A DNA stretch of 64,000 bases from the NCBI RefSeq assembly GCF_964204645.1, contig NC_134036.1, forward strand, positions 2,418,001 to 2,482,000, read 5' to 3'. Made by a program: the position numbers and the translations under genes. Shown here piece after piece: positions 25,344-39,441 of the stretch; the stretch's first letter is position 1; each line of letters opens with the position of its first letter. This stretch comes from Tubulanus polymorphus (taxonomy: Eukaryota; Animalia; Nemertea). Under the pieces are notes generated by a model. It was given only the letters and a program-made list of their open reading frames with translations, did not search any database and was not told the DNA's origin.

Positions 25344-25416
25344 GGCGCCGTGGCTTAGCGGTTAAAGCGCCTGTCTAGTAAACAGGAGATCCCCGGTTCA
25401 AATCCGGGCGGTGCCT
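25344..25416 (+). tRNA. trnT-AGT: tRNA-Thr (AGT)
   Basis: Identical to the 20029-20101 copy. Confidence 0.96.
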
Positions 25417-26939
25417 GCAATATTTAATTTTTCAACTTTTTCATTTTTACGTCATCTGCGCGCATAGAAAATGATCATATAACTATAGCGCCCCCTGGGG
25501 TCAACACGGAAAAACATCTCGTGGAGATAAAAAGGCTGTAATTGTCGGTAAAACCTTGGATACCGCCACGGTCGACCCCGGCAGCGCGTCAAACTGTTGC
25601 CATCGCTAAAACAATCTCTCAACAATAATCGCAACGGTGACGGTAATCATAGAGACGACGCAATAATGTGCATCATCTTCAGGCGTTCCGTAACATCTCA
25701 ACAATGACGCTACCGCCATCGCCGCCGACAACGCCGAAAGTGTCGTGTCCGCTTTAATTGTTGTCACATGCTGTTTTTACGTTAATGAATGCGACGCGAA
25801 CGCATTTCGCATTTCCGTTAATTAGAGACCGAATTCCCTTAACGACAACGTTAACAACAATCGCGGCGGTTACCGAGAGAGATGCGGAGATTGCCGTGGA
25901 TTGCGATGAGTTAACGACTAAGCGTTGAGTGCATGAGCTGTGGACAGAGTAAGTGGATGAGGTGGATGTGGACAGAATGAGTGGATAAAGAGAGTGGATG
26001 GACAGAGTTAGGGTGTGTGGATAAGGTGGACATCTAGTGAGACCAATCATTGACATTGCCATCGGATTCTTTTACTAAAACTCCAGATACAGAGTCCTTA
26101 AATGTGTCCCACAAAAATCCCAATAAAAAAACTCTAACATCATGGCATCTTACACGCCCGCCAGCCAGCCGGCCAGCCCGGCCAGCCCAGCCCGCCAGCC
26201 CAGCCCAGCCCAGCCCAGCCCGCCAGTCCACCGTGCAATCAGTTCATTTAAAAAGAGGCAACATATATTCCCGATTTAGATATAGATATTCAAGTTAGTC
26301 GGGAAAAAAATTTCTAAGTGATCTTTCATCAACTGCAAACTATGTTGTGGAGAACTGGAAGCTGAACCTATTCTAAAAGTAGTAATCTCTTCTAGCAGAG
26401 TGATAGTCAGGAAGTTAATCAACAGAGATAGCTACGATATCGGATCAGGTTAATATCGATATAAATCTTTTTATAAACGACAAGCCACACGATCCCCTTC
26501 CCGATCCCCCCACCCAATAGCATACGATAAGCTATCGATAATTTGTGGACCATTTTCGCAATTGTCTAAAGTAGCCTGTAAATAACATCGCGCTGGTGTT
26601 GCTATATAACACCGGCCTTTGTGTTGGTCATTTATGAGCTTTTTTCTCCGTTAAACAATCTCCATAAATGGTAAAAAATACCCAGTAAATACCCAATAAT
26701 GGATATAAGTAAGAAAATTGGCGGAATATGAAAATTTCCCGTGAAATTGCGGGCGGTAATTTTTGTGGTCGATTCTAGGGACGATAAAGAGAGTAATAGA
26801 ATTGATGATGAAATATCGGTGAGAATTTGCCGGAATAAGACGATAGTTTCCCATTATCTGAGATGATAGTTTTTGTATCTCAAGGTTTCGAGTTTTGTAG
26901 GCGTTTAGTGATAAGTGTTTGTGATGTGATAGATGAATT

Positions 26940-27192
26940 TGTTTTTTGAGCAACTGCAGCCCCAGATAAATGCCAGTAACCAATTTTTGACTAACTACAG
27001 CCCCAGAATGTCTAGAACAAGTCCATGTACACACACAGCTAATACTACTATTCATTAGTAGCGAAAGCTTGTGCACCAAATTAATAGTTAACCTATATAG
27101 TACTACTTGCATGTTATTTATTTTCAATTGTCACTATGTCAACTATCAACTGGAATTAACTCTAACCAATTTTTGACTAACAACAGCCCCTG
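26940..27192. mobile_element. Reiterated MITE-like right ends (TTTTGAGCAACTGCAGCCCCWG family)
   Basis: Same terminus and subterminal GTCAACTATC(C/A)ACTGGTTAACTCTAACCAA also at 18620-18664 and 35760-35945. Confidence 0.55.
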
Positions 27193-27752
27193 AATGTCCT
27201 GAATGAGTCCACGCACACACACACACACACACAGCCTAATACTCACGTTGCTATCAGTTATTGTTTTCGGTGCAGACGCTCGCGAGAAACACAAGTTCCA
27301 GCAACGATATTTATATCATAATAATAATAATAACTTGTAACAAACTCTCAGACGTTTTTATTACGTCGTAAACAATGTCTACGTAAACGTAAACGTTTAT
27401 CGTGTGTGTCGACGATTAATACGATGTTGGTCACGTTTTAGCGGCCGGTGATGAGAGATTTTATACGCAGTGCCCCTTACTGTAAACAGCAGAGAACTGA
27501 GGCAAATAGAGAAGAGCCGAAAGACAAAAAGAGAGAGAGAGAGAAATAAGAAGAGAAGAGAGTGAGAAATGAGAAGAGAGACAGAGAAAAGAGAAGAGAG
27601 AAAAGAGAAGAGCCTGTTATAACCGATAACTGATAACAATCTGGCCAATCAATAAATAGATTAGGCTGGGACAATCACCACCCCCTAACGGCAGCTTTTG
27701 GAGCAGAGAATTTGAAATAAAAAAATTAAGTCATTTTATTTGGAATTACTTC

Positions 27753-27887
27753 CAGGGGTCGGTTGCATAGTTATGGCTTAGACTTAAGACCAACTTAGTT
27801 CTAAAGCCAACCTAACAATTTAAGACCAGTCTTAAGATTTAAGACCTCTTTTTGTGAAATAAGTCACAACTGTGCAACTGGCCCCTG
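27753..27887. mobile_element. MITE (PIF/Harbinger-like, CWG-flanked)
   Basis: Inverted ends CAGGGGTCGGTTGCATAGTTATGGCTTA / TAAGTCACAACTGTGCAACTGGCCCCTG; no 8-bp TSD. Confidence 0.75.
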
Positions 27888-29191
27888 ACGATGGGGTATT
27901 TAAGAATATCGGTGTTGAATAAAATTTCTACTAGCGGTAAATTCTAATTTCCATCTAAAAATCATTTTCTTCTTTGTTTCGTCTTTCTCTTGATCTCCCT
28001 TCTCCTCTTCATAAAGGAATGGCCCTCGCATTTGCGATACAGCCTTGAGGCTTTGGGTCAGTCCTTCATAGAACCATCTCCTACTTAATGTATTAAATTA
28101 GTATTTTCATTTTGGATGAATTATTATATATTAGCTTACAAAATGGACAAAACTTCCCTTAAAACCGCGCCGATGAGTCGGATTTATGAATTCTCAAATT
28201 CCTCTACGCCTCACATAATTCTGAAGCCGGACGTCGATGTAACTGCTGCGGATTGACAACGGAAAGGATTATACGCGTTTATTCTCTGAATACGGCGCAA
28301 ACCAACACCAACGTCCGGTATTATTTCGGTACGCGCAGCAGCGGGTATCATCTGTCTCTCTGAGATTAAGGTCAAGGTCGTGCGTGGTGAGTCGACTGAC
28401 TACAATACCAGCGGAAATACCGGAAATTAACGCGAGGATCTTATAATAATATGATACAGACACCAAACGTACAATAACGGGTAAACTATACCGATAAATC
28501 TAGGAATGGGCGGGAAGAGGGGGCAGGGCGGAGTGGGAGGATAGCAGGGAATGGGATGGAAGAGAGGGTGTGGAATCAGAGGGGATATGAGGAGTAGTGG
28601 TAGGATGGAAGCAGGGAGTGGGAGGGGAGTCAGAAGGGCCCAGCAGTGGAGATGTGAGGATGTCAAGGAATGGGAGATTGGGACGGGAAGAGGGGCGGAG
28701 CTAGGAAAATTGGAAGGCCTCGGTCCAGAAGAAGAGAAATCATTTCCCGCATAAAGCAGCAATGTCAAAAGGCCTCTTGGGGTTCCGCATAGAATTTGAG
28801 AAACTGCAGGAACGACGGGGATTATGACAGGAATATCGGGTATTGTTACAAAGGACACAAAAATATCCTTTGATAATAATAAGAGGCGGTGGTTTAATGA
28901 GCGAGCTAAATCTCGACGGACCTGAGATTTCACCCGTCTCTCGTGAGAGAACCGCTACAACTCACGCAGTACCGGAAACTACGCGTCATTAAACAACTTC
29001 CGGCAGTAACAGACGCATCTAATGAAGGCTTGTATCCGATCAGAGAGAGAGGAGAGAGAGGAGAGAGAGTAGAGAGAGGAGAGAGAGGGAGAGAGAGAAG
29101 TGTATAATACTGACTAATTCCCTGGGTACTAGTTTATATCCGCGGGTTCTCGTGCAAAACTGGTCTATAAAACTCAGGCATGATCTACGCA

Positions 29192-29508
29192 ATCTGTTGG
29201 TCAGGGTTGTCAAAGTGTCTCTGTTGGTCATGATTACCAAAATGTCTCTGTTGGTCAGGATTACCAAAATGTCTCTGTTGGTCAGGATTACCAAAATGTC
29301 TCTGTTAGTCAGGATTACCAAAATGTCTCTGTTGGTCAGGATTACCAAAATGTCTCTGTTAGTCAGGGTTGTCAAAATGTCTCTGTTAGTCAGGGTTGTC
29401 AAAATATCTCTGTTAGTCAGGGTTGTCAAAATATCTATGTTGGTCAGGTACACCGAAATGTCTATGTTGGTCAGAATTACCAAAATGTCTCTGTTGGTCA
29501 GGATTACC
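29192..29508. repeat. 27-bp minisatellite, ~11.5 copies
   Basis: AAAATGTCTCTGTTGGTCAGGATTACC units. Confidence 0.95.
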
Positions 29509-30121
29509 GCAGTGTGTGTTGATTGGGGCGTCACAGGTTACGTTAGTCTGTTGGGACTAACTTAATTCAGTTTCAATTGAGGTAGCCTCCCCGGGTTAAA
29601 GACGATACCAGTCTATAAAACCGGGCCCACTTCTTTAGTTGATGGCATGTACCTGCGCACCTCGGCCAGGTGGCGAGTCTCGATGCCATCAGGTTCAAAT
29701 GCAATCCTCGGTTTGATATTTAATGCATTAAAATTCACACGCGGATTTCTACCTGACTAGTATTTCATTGATTCGACACACAGCCCTCCCTCTCCCCCTC
29801 CCACCCCTGGATGTTATAACAATTCTCCACTGCTTGTCGTGGTGGGGAATAGATTAGATACAGATAAATTGCTGAGTTTTATCGCCCCGCTTGAAGCCGC
29901 TCCAACAGCGGACGATGAAGCCAATCAACAATGGACGCCGTTGTTGCCCTTGACAAACGGTAAGTACGATAGATAGAGATACAGGTAGAATGGAGTGGTT
30001 AATGTGATTACACACGCTGTTAGAGACAGGATATCCGCAACGGGGCAATAAATCCGAGAATTTCAATTCCGATCTATTCATGGAAAGTGAATTGATTCGA
30101 ATTACGTGATAGTTTAGATAA

Positions 30122-30443
30122 GTGGCTGGTCTCCAGAGCGGGTTAACAGAGTTCGTTGAGGTGGCTGGTGCCAGGTACGGTATAGCGAACTGTCTCCAGA
30201 GCGGGTTAACAGGGTTCGTTGAGGTAGGGTTCGTTGAGGTGGCTGGTGCCAGGTACGGGGATAGCGAACTCTCTCCAGCGCGGGTTAACAGGGTTCGTTG
30301 AGGTGGCTGGTGCCAGGTACGGGGATAGCGAACTCTCTCCAGCGCGGGTTAAAAGGGTTCATTGAGGTGGCTGGTGCCAGGTACGGGGATAGCAAACTGT
30401 CTCCAGAGCGGGTTAACGGAGTTTGTAGAGGTAGCTGGTGCCA
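30122..30443. repeat. 64-bp GC-rich minisatellite, ~4.5 copies
   Basis: CTCCAG(A/C)GCGGGTTAACAGGGTTCGTTGAGGTGGCTGGTGCCAGGTACGGGGATAGCGAACT units (30273, 30337). Confidence 0.94.
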
Positions 30444-31375
30444 ATTGCTGGTCTCCAAATGAACTTAGACTAGTTTTAAATTGAAGCAACAACACTGCAC
30501 AACACTGACACCATGTGCTTTCATTAAATTGATTTCAACTTCCTTTCTCCCTGTATTCTCTCCTCTTCTCTTGTGCTTTCCTCACTCTTGTGCTTTCCAC
30601 ATTCTTCGCTGTCCTCTCTCCTCTATCAATGTCATCTCTCCCTTTTTCCTCTCGCCTTTCTCTTTCCTCTCCCTCTCCTCTCTCCTCTCTCCCCTCCCTC
30701 TTTTGTCATTGTCAAGTTCTTCCTTTAAAAATTCCATGTCATCTGAAATTTACATGACGATATGACAGTGTTCACATCTGCCCGCAGAGAGACTAATCAG
30801 TCTGTGATGGTGATCATCTCAATAAAGTATGTCAAACACAGGGTGGTGCAGTGTTCTCAGAAACCACCGATCGACCTGGTGTATGGCGCGCGACATGGCG
30901 GGGATGGTGCAGTGTTCTCAGAAACCGCCGATCGACCTGGTACGCCATGTGCGACATTGTGGGGGTGCCAACAAGCAGCCAGATGACTTTCAAAACAACG
31001 ATGAAATCTCAGACAGCGATGAAACGACTAATTAGCGAGAATTAGATTAATGTGACGTAGACAGACATCAGACATTAGACAGACAGACATCAGACATTAG
31101 ACAGACAGACATAAGACAGATAGACATCAGACAGATAGACATCAGACATTGGTTTTTATTTAGCAGTTCAGAGATCTGAATCCTATTATTTTACCAGAGC
31201 CATTCTTATAGATGAATCAAGAAGAAGACAACACAATATCCGCGAACGAGGAATAAATGCCCCTGATGATAGTTTTTATAGCCGAAACGTAACGCAAATT
31301 TACGTTACGGATTTCTGGCGTCCATTTTTATAGACTTACATAGTTTATAGAACAATTGTCACTGGTTTTGAATAT

Positions 31376-31640
31376 TAAGACTGGTCTTTAACTAGTTTTA
31401 TTAGTTGTAACACTGAGATGGTGTAAGGCTGGTCTTAAATCATAGTCTTTTATCCCAACCCTAATTAATCACAAATTCAAAGATTTGCTTAGACTGGTTT
31501 CAAGTTGTTAGATTGGTTATAGAACCAAAATGAGCTTAGACTGGGTTTAAGTTGTTAGATCGGTTATAGAACCAAAATGAGCTTAGACTGGTCTCAAGTT
31601 GTTAGATACAACTAAAGAACTAAAATGGTCTTAAGGCTCG
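31376..31640. repeat. 47-bp MITE-related tandem array
   Basis: AAGTTGTTAGAT at 31502, 31549, 31596. Confidence 0.8.
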
Positions 31641-34012
31641 TCTGGAATATGTAACTTCAAAAAGCACCTCACACATCGTGGAATTATTTGAAATGTCGTC
31701 GATTAGCAAATATTCGAAATGGAATCTCTCAGTGTTGGTAATTGTGTATTCTGCCTACAATTCGAAATCTGTCAAAACAAGCCAATAACTCAGCCACGTT
31801 AGGAAGAAAGTCGATCCCCGTTTGCTGATTGGGTGACTAATTAAAGTCAGTTTATAAATCAGAATCAAGTAAAGAAATATTCAAACGAAGTGACACGGAA
31901 AGATGCCACTTAACTCGGTCAAGGTCGAATCAAGAAAAAACCCGCCCCGCAATCAACACGCCCGTTAATGATTTCAAAAACTTCTAGACGTCTAGGTTCG
32001 ATTGCACAGTAGACTCCGCTCAAATCAGATATTTTGGGACGGTAAAAATGAGAGACGAAAATATCTCCTTGGGACGGTAAAAATGCGTCTGACTATAGCC
32101 ATATCTTACTAATGTATTTCATATATAGTGTCACAAAAAGATATCTCAATGAACATCAAGTTGGACAGATCCGTCTCTGGACGAGTTCTACTCTGTAAGT
32201 CTTGAAAGAGACAGGAAAGATGATATCAATTTAGGATCTTTAAAAAGCACATTTTCTCATGTCAGTTGACTATAGAGAGAGAGAGAGAGAGAGTCTCCTT
32301 TTTCACGTCTTGTATTTTGATTTTTTATATTAATTCTTGATAAATAGATTTAAACCTTGATTTTTATATCTATCAAATTTGTGAACAGCAAGTTTTAATT
32401 TCATTATTTCCAAAACTTTTCCCAGAAAAACAAACTTCCTACTACCTAATTTCATTCAGGTCGTTCCACCTGTCCGCCGGGGATAAATCACGCACAAAGT
32501 GGAAAAGTCTCCACTTCAACTTCTATCGAAATCAGAAAACTGACAAATATCAACCCGAGGATTAGATGAAGCCCCTGACGGTAAAGATCATATCGGTCAC
32601 ACTCATATTAAAACCGCTTAATTTCAGATATGGCAGAGTTGTCGGAAATGCGTTTGAAGATTAGCACGAGAGATTGGGGGAGGGAGGAAGCAAAGTTTGA
32701 AAGGCTTCAACCACCCACAGCAGTCATACAAACTATAAACCGACAGTATCAACAGTTTTTTAAACCAGAAATCCGCTTTCAACCATGAACCACGTAAAAA
32801 ATAGTGAAACCAAAACAGTTGTATTTTATTCGAATGTTCAAGGCCTGCAGGTTGTAGCTATTTCAACGTTTTTCCAAACTTGATACCTTTTTCTTACTTC
32901 TTTTACACAAATTGTCGACAAAAGCCAACAGTGTCAATTTGAAAGCAAAAAACTTTAGGGTCCAGATTCGTGAAAATTTTTAAGCCTTAAATCAGTTTTA
33001 AGATTAAATTGCTGAAAACATGAAGTTGCCAAAATAGTAATCAAATCAAAAATTTCTAGATTAAGTTTTTTCGTGTAAATGGACCGTAGCTGGGAGTTAA
33101 AGAATAAATGTTAAGATTTCTAACCAATGATTGTTTACCCTTAAAACATATAAGATAGAAAAACTCCATAGTTTTAAGATCAAGGTGACACCGATTGAGG
33201 TGAGCTGCACCTACAGTCTGACAGACTGATGCAATCAGTTCAAAAGCCGATCTCCAATAAACGCCCCGTCTCCACACGACAGAGACAGCGTCGCGGTGAC
33301 AAGCAATCTCAATCAATAAATTACTACGCATTTCGTTTTTTTCCGACTCGAGTCAGATTCCTAGAATCCCAGGTGATATCGGAGTACGATCTGCTTAATC
33401 CGGGAGCACGGGAACCAGTCAATATAGAACTCATCATTATCGTCATCGTGTGGAACCATAAAATACAATACAGTCAACCAGTCCAAAAAATCTCCCCTCA
33501 CACCGCAGCCGCGTATCCGATAAATCTTTATGCCAATTACGTCGCGAGATTCATGCGTCAAATTTCCGGCGATTGTCCGCAACAGATGACTTGTTACTAC
33601 CGGTGATATATTGGACGGGTTGCCGGTAATATATCGGACTGGTTGCCGGTCATAACGAAGCGATAATCAACGCGCGTTTCCCCGGTGATCAAATACAGTA
33701 AAATGCGGTAAATAGCAAATTTATTCGTTCGTCAAGAGAGTTCGAGTGTCTAAGCAGGAAAGAGGATTACCACGGATTAGAGGGGATTAGAGGAGATTAG
33801 AGCGGATTAACGGGATGGGAAATGTATCTGTTACGAGCCTATTAGTCTTTTATTATTAGTGATAGCGTTAGATTAAGACGTTGGCGCTAGGGCCGGAGAT
33901 ATGACCTGGCTGGAAGCAAAATTAGATTAGAATTAAGTCTGCTGGTTGGAGATTGGCAGACGCTAAACGCACAGTATCAATCGGTAGCCTGTAACCACAA
34001 TCTTCTCAGAAG

Positions 34013-34372
34013 TGTGAAGTGTGGATGATCAGTTTTTGAAAGTGTGCCATGTCTAATGTCTGATGTTTGTAGCTCATTTTCAATTAGAAATGTCTCAGGT
34101 GAAGTAATGAACACATGTGAAGTGTGGACGATCAGATTTTGAAAGTTGTGCTGATAAAATGTCTAATGTCTGGTGTTTGTAGTTCATTTTCAATTAGAAA
34201 TGTCTCAGGTGAAGCACTGAACACATGTGAAGTGTGGACGATCAGATTTTGAAAGTGAGCTGATAAAATATCTAATGTCTGGTGTTTGTAGTTCATTTTC
34301 AATTAGAAATGTCTCAGGTGAAGCACTGAACACATGTGAAGTGTCGACGATCAGATTTTGAAAGTGAGCTGA
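34013..34372. repeat. ~110-115-bp tandem repeat, 3 copies
   Basis: TGTGAAGTGTGGACGATCAGATTTTGAAAGT..CATTTTCAATTAGAAATGTCTCAGGTGAAG repeated. Confidence 0.92.
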
Positions 34373-34888
34373 TTAATTGTCTAATCATGAAGATCATCTT
34401 GCGCTGACGTCACCAAGAAGGATAGACGAAACAGACAAGATTATGACGTAACAAAGGTGAGATAAAGAAGTGCCGTCTGCGCCAGACAACAGCAGCAGCA
34501 GCAGCAGCAGCTTCAGATGCAGAATGGCTGTGAGTAATGGGAATGATGAGAAATGATTGAAGCGCCGGGATCTCCGACAGTCATGATATTTCAATCACAA
34601 TACGAGCGATCAGTTCGTTCAGCGCGGCGACAGCAGCAGAAATGGCTCAACGAAGCTGATTCAGTGATTGTTATTCATCTCGACGAGTCGCATTGAGAAT
34701 GGGAGATTGGACGGGAATGGAGAGAATGGGCGAAATTAAATGGATATATATATATGTCAGAAATGGTTTCGAAACAGGTGAAATTCCTAATGAATAAAAG
34801 ATAAATAATTCATTTTTGATCGTTGGATTTAAATATTTTGACAACGGTCCTAGATTTAATCTTAAAAGAAAATACTTTCGACTATAAA

Positions 34889-34928
34889 AGGCATTGCCCG
34901 GTTTTGAGCTGGGGATCTAGATGGCGCC
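34889..34928 (-). pseudogene. tRNA-Thr pseudogene with D- and anticodon arms deleted
   Basis: Keeps 5' GGCGCC and a degenerate 3' half; upstream flank is homologous to that of the 51960 tRNA. Confidence 0.8.
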
Positions 34929-35177
34929 GCTTGTGGTCGCTATAGCTCGGACAGACTGCTCATCAGTTCTTCCAGTTGTGACATGTTCGGGTCAGTGACC
35001 AGAGCGTGACCAGTGGGAGTATAGTTGGTGACTAGAACAGACATCAATAATAGAGCAGCAAGTAGAAACGTGACTTAAGCCCAGTATAAAATTCGGTTCC
35101 ATAATCAAACTAACCTTAAACTAACAATTTAAAAATTAGATTTACGTTAAGACAATTTTTTCAAAAAAAAAATTCAC

Positions 35178-35250
35178 AGGCACCGCCCGGATTTGAACCG
35201 GGGATCTCCTGTTTACTAGACAGGCGCTTTAACCGCTAAGCCACGGCGCC
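35178..35250 (-). tRNA. trnT-AGT: tRNA-Thr (AGT)
   Basis: Identical to the 20029 and 25344 copies; long T-run downstream. Confidence 0.96.
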
Positions 35251-38200
35251 ACTTGTGGGAGCAATCCCTAACAGACCAGTGTCACTTCTCACGTGACTAG
35301 GTCAGTTCTAGTGACTGTCTGTCATATCTTTAAAATGTCATATACGTATCCACAGTAACAGTATTGGCTTATTCAGAAATTTACTAGATATATCGTTGTG
35401 CCGGGTGAAGAACGGTCTTCATTGTTGAAACGTGGTCGAATTTGCATATCTAACTAACGAGTCCAGAGATAATTAAAACGGAAATCAGTTGAGTCTATGA
35501 CAAGCTAATTGGCAGCTGAATACGGAGAATAGCGTTAGTCGATGTGATCAGTAACAGTCAATTAATGGGTTCTGGACACGGTGAATTATCAAAGTCTTCA
35601 GAAGTAAAGGGATTACGTGAAGCGATGGAGAATTCTACTGGGGTTGATGACCACAAAAGCAAATTTTGAAAAGTTCTTTGAGACCACAAAATGTTGGCTT
35701 CAAAAATTCTTTCTTTAACTTGGAACCTTCTTATACAGTTGGTCAAAGGTCGGTTAAGCCTGATAAATACCATAGTATCGAAGTTTTAATTGTCACTACG
35801 TCAACTTTCCGCTGGTTAACTCTAACCAACTTTTCAGTGACTGCAGCCCCAGATAAATACCATAGTAACAATGAAGTTTTAATTGTTGCTATGTCAACTA
35901 TCCACTGCTTAACTCTAATAAACTTTTGAGCAACTGCAACCCGTGCATATTTTTCTTATCTAAAGTATTCTATCTAAAACAATTGCTATTTGCTATGGAC
36001 CATCATTAAGTTAACCAAGTCCTTCTTGAAAAGACGTGTGGAAGAAGAGGAAATGATAATCGAGGGAGTGATATACTGGATTTCCGAGCCGAGTACTAAC
36101 AGACGCAACCCTCGTACAATCGTTACGCCGCTGCCCTACATGAACAGAATGTGCAATTCCGAAAATCCCGGGTATAGAAAATAGAAAATCCCGGGTATCC
36201 ATTTCATTCTTCCCACGTTGCACTATCTACGCGAGGTCGATCCGCTACAAGACAATTACAGGACTTGAGTATCAGCGCAATGGGCAACATTTAGAAAAGT
36301 CTTTCTATCCTTGGAATACGACAATGTCCTCAACTCAGCTTCGTCGTAGCCAGGGATATGTCTCTAAAGCTTAGTGTCAAAGAAATATCGTTTTGTCGCT
36401 ACGAAGGCCAACTGGCGGCCATAATGTATTCTTAAAAAGTTCATATCCATCACCTTAGAGAGCTCTATAGAAATATTTCATGGAATGTGTTCTAATTTGC
36501 TAAGCCTATGTGTCACGTCACATAGGCTTAGAATTCAGGATTGTATTTTGGATGACTAGAAGATGACCATACTGTATTACCAACTGCTGACTGGCAGCCA
36601 TGTTGGCTTTTCAAATGCTCATAAGCCTATAGCTCCAATCATATTTCATAGGCCAATAATTTGACAATGTAGATTCTTCTAAATGTCATGTATCAAGGCC
36701 AACTATATAGTTGAGCTAGTATATTGTAATGCATATGACTGGTAGCCATATTGGATTCTTGGCAAATAGGAGTAGGTCAATAACTATACGACCAGTTCAT
36801 GAGGAATCTTCTAATTTTGTGAATGTAAGGCGTCAAGGCCAACAAGCTGAGTACAGACTATTCTAATTTATGGCAAAATGGCTGACTGGTGGCCATATGG
36901 AATTCTAGGCCGACATTCGTTAGCCGATAATCCGATGACTATTCGATGAAAAAGGCTTCGGCAAGAAAAAACTAAAAAACTGAAGAGTTGAAATTATCAA
37001 GGGTATAATGCCACAAATATCCGGTGGCGAAATGTGACATTTTATAAAAGTGATAAAATATTTCGAAAGTCGAAACGTCGAGAGTTAGAATCGCGCACGA
37101 CGTTGGAAGAAAATATGATACGCGGTTTTTGTGTTTACACACAGAGCAACCTTGTCATTATTTACGAAAACTTCCGAGGCGACCGCCAACACAACCATCA
37201 CGGTCTCGTCGGAGGAGCGACTGGATTATTCTGGAAATGTCATGGTAGTTTCCAACCGGAGACACTGATACTTTCGGGAAATCAAATGTCCATCCACGTA
37301 TCTATCATTCCTTTATGAAATATCTAATTGGAGTTGAGATTGAGATTGCGACACTCCTTCGAAAAAGATGGCGGTTACTTCCATAGATCAATAAGATCAA
37401 TATATTGATTACAATTCCAATCACTAGTCCTCTGTCTAATGACCTTATTAATAAAAAAATTTCAGACCAGTACAATGTAATGCAATTGAGATATGAGATT
37501 TGAGAGAGATTGAGATTTGAGAGTGAGATTATGATTTGATTGAGATTTGAGTGAGGTAGTAAGATTAAGATTTGGTATTGAGATTGTGATTTTAGAGTGC
37601 AACTGCGATTGAGATTTGAGATTGTGATGGCTGTGTTTGAGATTGTGCTTGATATCGATAATAAGATTGAGATTGGGGTTAATAGACCTTTAAAGGTGCT
37701 GTTATTGGGCTTATTACCTGAACACCTATATATCAACATTGTTTTTTATGCTTTTGAGGAGAAAAAAAACGAAGCCAATACTCGAAACTAATTTATATCG
37801 GCACGACTCAATAATTGACCTTAACTGGAGGACTAGACCTGACAGCAACCACAGCAGGGTCGTCCTGCGTCACTGGCAATGTCTACTGTGGTAATTATAG
37901 GGTAAATAGCTGTAACCGGAAATGTAAGCTACTGCGCCCAGTCGCAATAATGTGCTCTAAACCCTGTCAATATTGTTAGCTTTTCTCCTCCTCTCCTCTC
38001 ACTCACTCTCCCCCACGGTTGTCTGTCCCATTACTACTAATCTGTCTTTAAACAATGCTGTAAGAGTATCGTCTGGTAACTTTGGTTACCTCCATTAGAA
38101 AAAACTTGATCTACGTCAGTCTTTCTACGGAAAGTTAGTTTCGTTTTAGAAAAGATGGCCGCCTCTATTTCCACGGGGCTGCCTTAAGAAATCCCCCTAT

Positions 38201-38328
38201 GATGTCATCAACTTGATGTGTCACACAGATATTAACACTTTCGGACTTGCATAACATCATTAAACAGTTGTGCTGAGATGAATACATATCCAGAAAAGAT
38301 GGCAGCTCCATAGATCACCCTATCACCA

Positions 38329-38410
38329 GGCCCAAGTCAAATTTGGCCCATGTCTAATTGGAGAGCGTGTTCACGCATAAATCACTCACTCGATACTAAA
38401 CAATGCTAAA
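38329..38410. mobile_element. Dispersed repeat fragment, inverted relative to 58612-58693
   Basis: GGCCC(A/G)AGTCAAATTTGGCCC..CTCACTCGATACTAAACAATG shared; the 58.7-kb copy ends TGTGATCACAGCTAA (Harbinger-like end plus TAA). Confidence 0.65.
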
Positions 38411-39441
38411 ACAAAGACCAGTCCCAAATTTGGCTCAGGCATGCTACGGCGATTTCGGTTGTGCCAGATAGGCACATGCCCATCCAGCACTTACGTGAAT
38501 AGTTCTGGCTCGACTGATCATTGCAATAGAACTTTGACACTTATGGTCTGGTTGGAAACAAACTGTCTTGTTGCTGATGCTACTGATGTTGCTGTTGCGG
38601 CGGCTGCTGATGCTGTTACTGTTGGTGATGCTCAGTGAAGTGAATAGATTTAACGAGAAGATGATCATTATACAGTAGGTCAGTCTGTCTGGTCACCAGC
38701 AGACAATACGACAGCGGTAGGAGCTGGTGCTGGTGCAGGTGCAGGTGCTGGTGCTGCTACTGGTGCTGGTGGTGGTTTTGGTGGTGTTTGTGGTATTGCT
38801 GGAGCTGGTGCTGGTAATGCTGGTGCTGGTAGTGCTGGTAATGCTGGTGCTGCAGGAGCTGGTACTGCTGGCGCAGGTGTGGTGAACTTCAGAAGAAAGT
38901 TGAGCGACACCAACCGTATAAGAACAAAGAACAGAATGACGTCATCGTCAATGCGGTCTGTTGCCGTGATATTTGATGGCAATGACAGATGGACACAGGA
39001 CCACCGCGCAATAGTAGCAGGCGTGATGTGTATTGATAAACGGCCGGTCGAGACGTATTTGGAATACAAGTCACGTATTTGATCTGACAGAAAAAGAGAG
39101 AAAAGGGACACAAAAAGAGACCGATTGGGGTTATGTATATATATGTGTGTTTAGATGGTTCATTAAATGTGACCCTGGCATGCGAGTACTGTGTGTCTAG
39201 CGAAAGATCAAGAGTGGGTGATTATTGACAGGAAATTCACCGCTACTGGCGAGGAAACTACGTGTTTTATAGTGGGATACTAAACGTTGAAATGAATCCC
39301 GATTGAATACAAGAAATTTCTAATATCACGATTAGATGTTTTCTTGATAAGAGACTTAAATCTGAGGCAAACTGGGATAAACCACCAAACCTTGGCAATG
39401 GAGGATCTGGTATCCCTGCCCTGCCAAGGGACGATACAATC

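Noticed and set aside
25640-25690. Minus-strand CUGAAGAU followed by a hairpin
   Set aside because: No GAAA box after the stem, so not a hammerhead.
29040-29565. Overlapping 9-aa repeat ORFs on both strands
   Set aside because: 27-bp minisatellite artefact.
38680-39111. Pro/Ala-rich ORF
   Set aside because: Driven by a degenerate (GCTGGT)n repeat; no recognisable domain and no ATG start.
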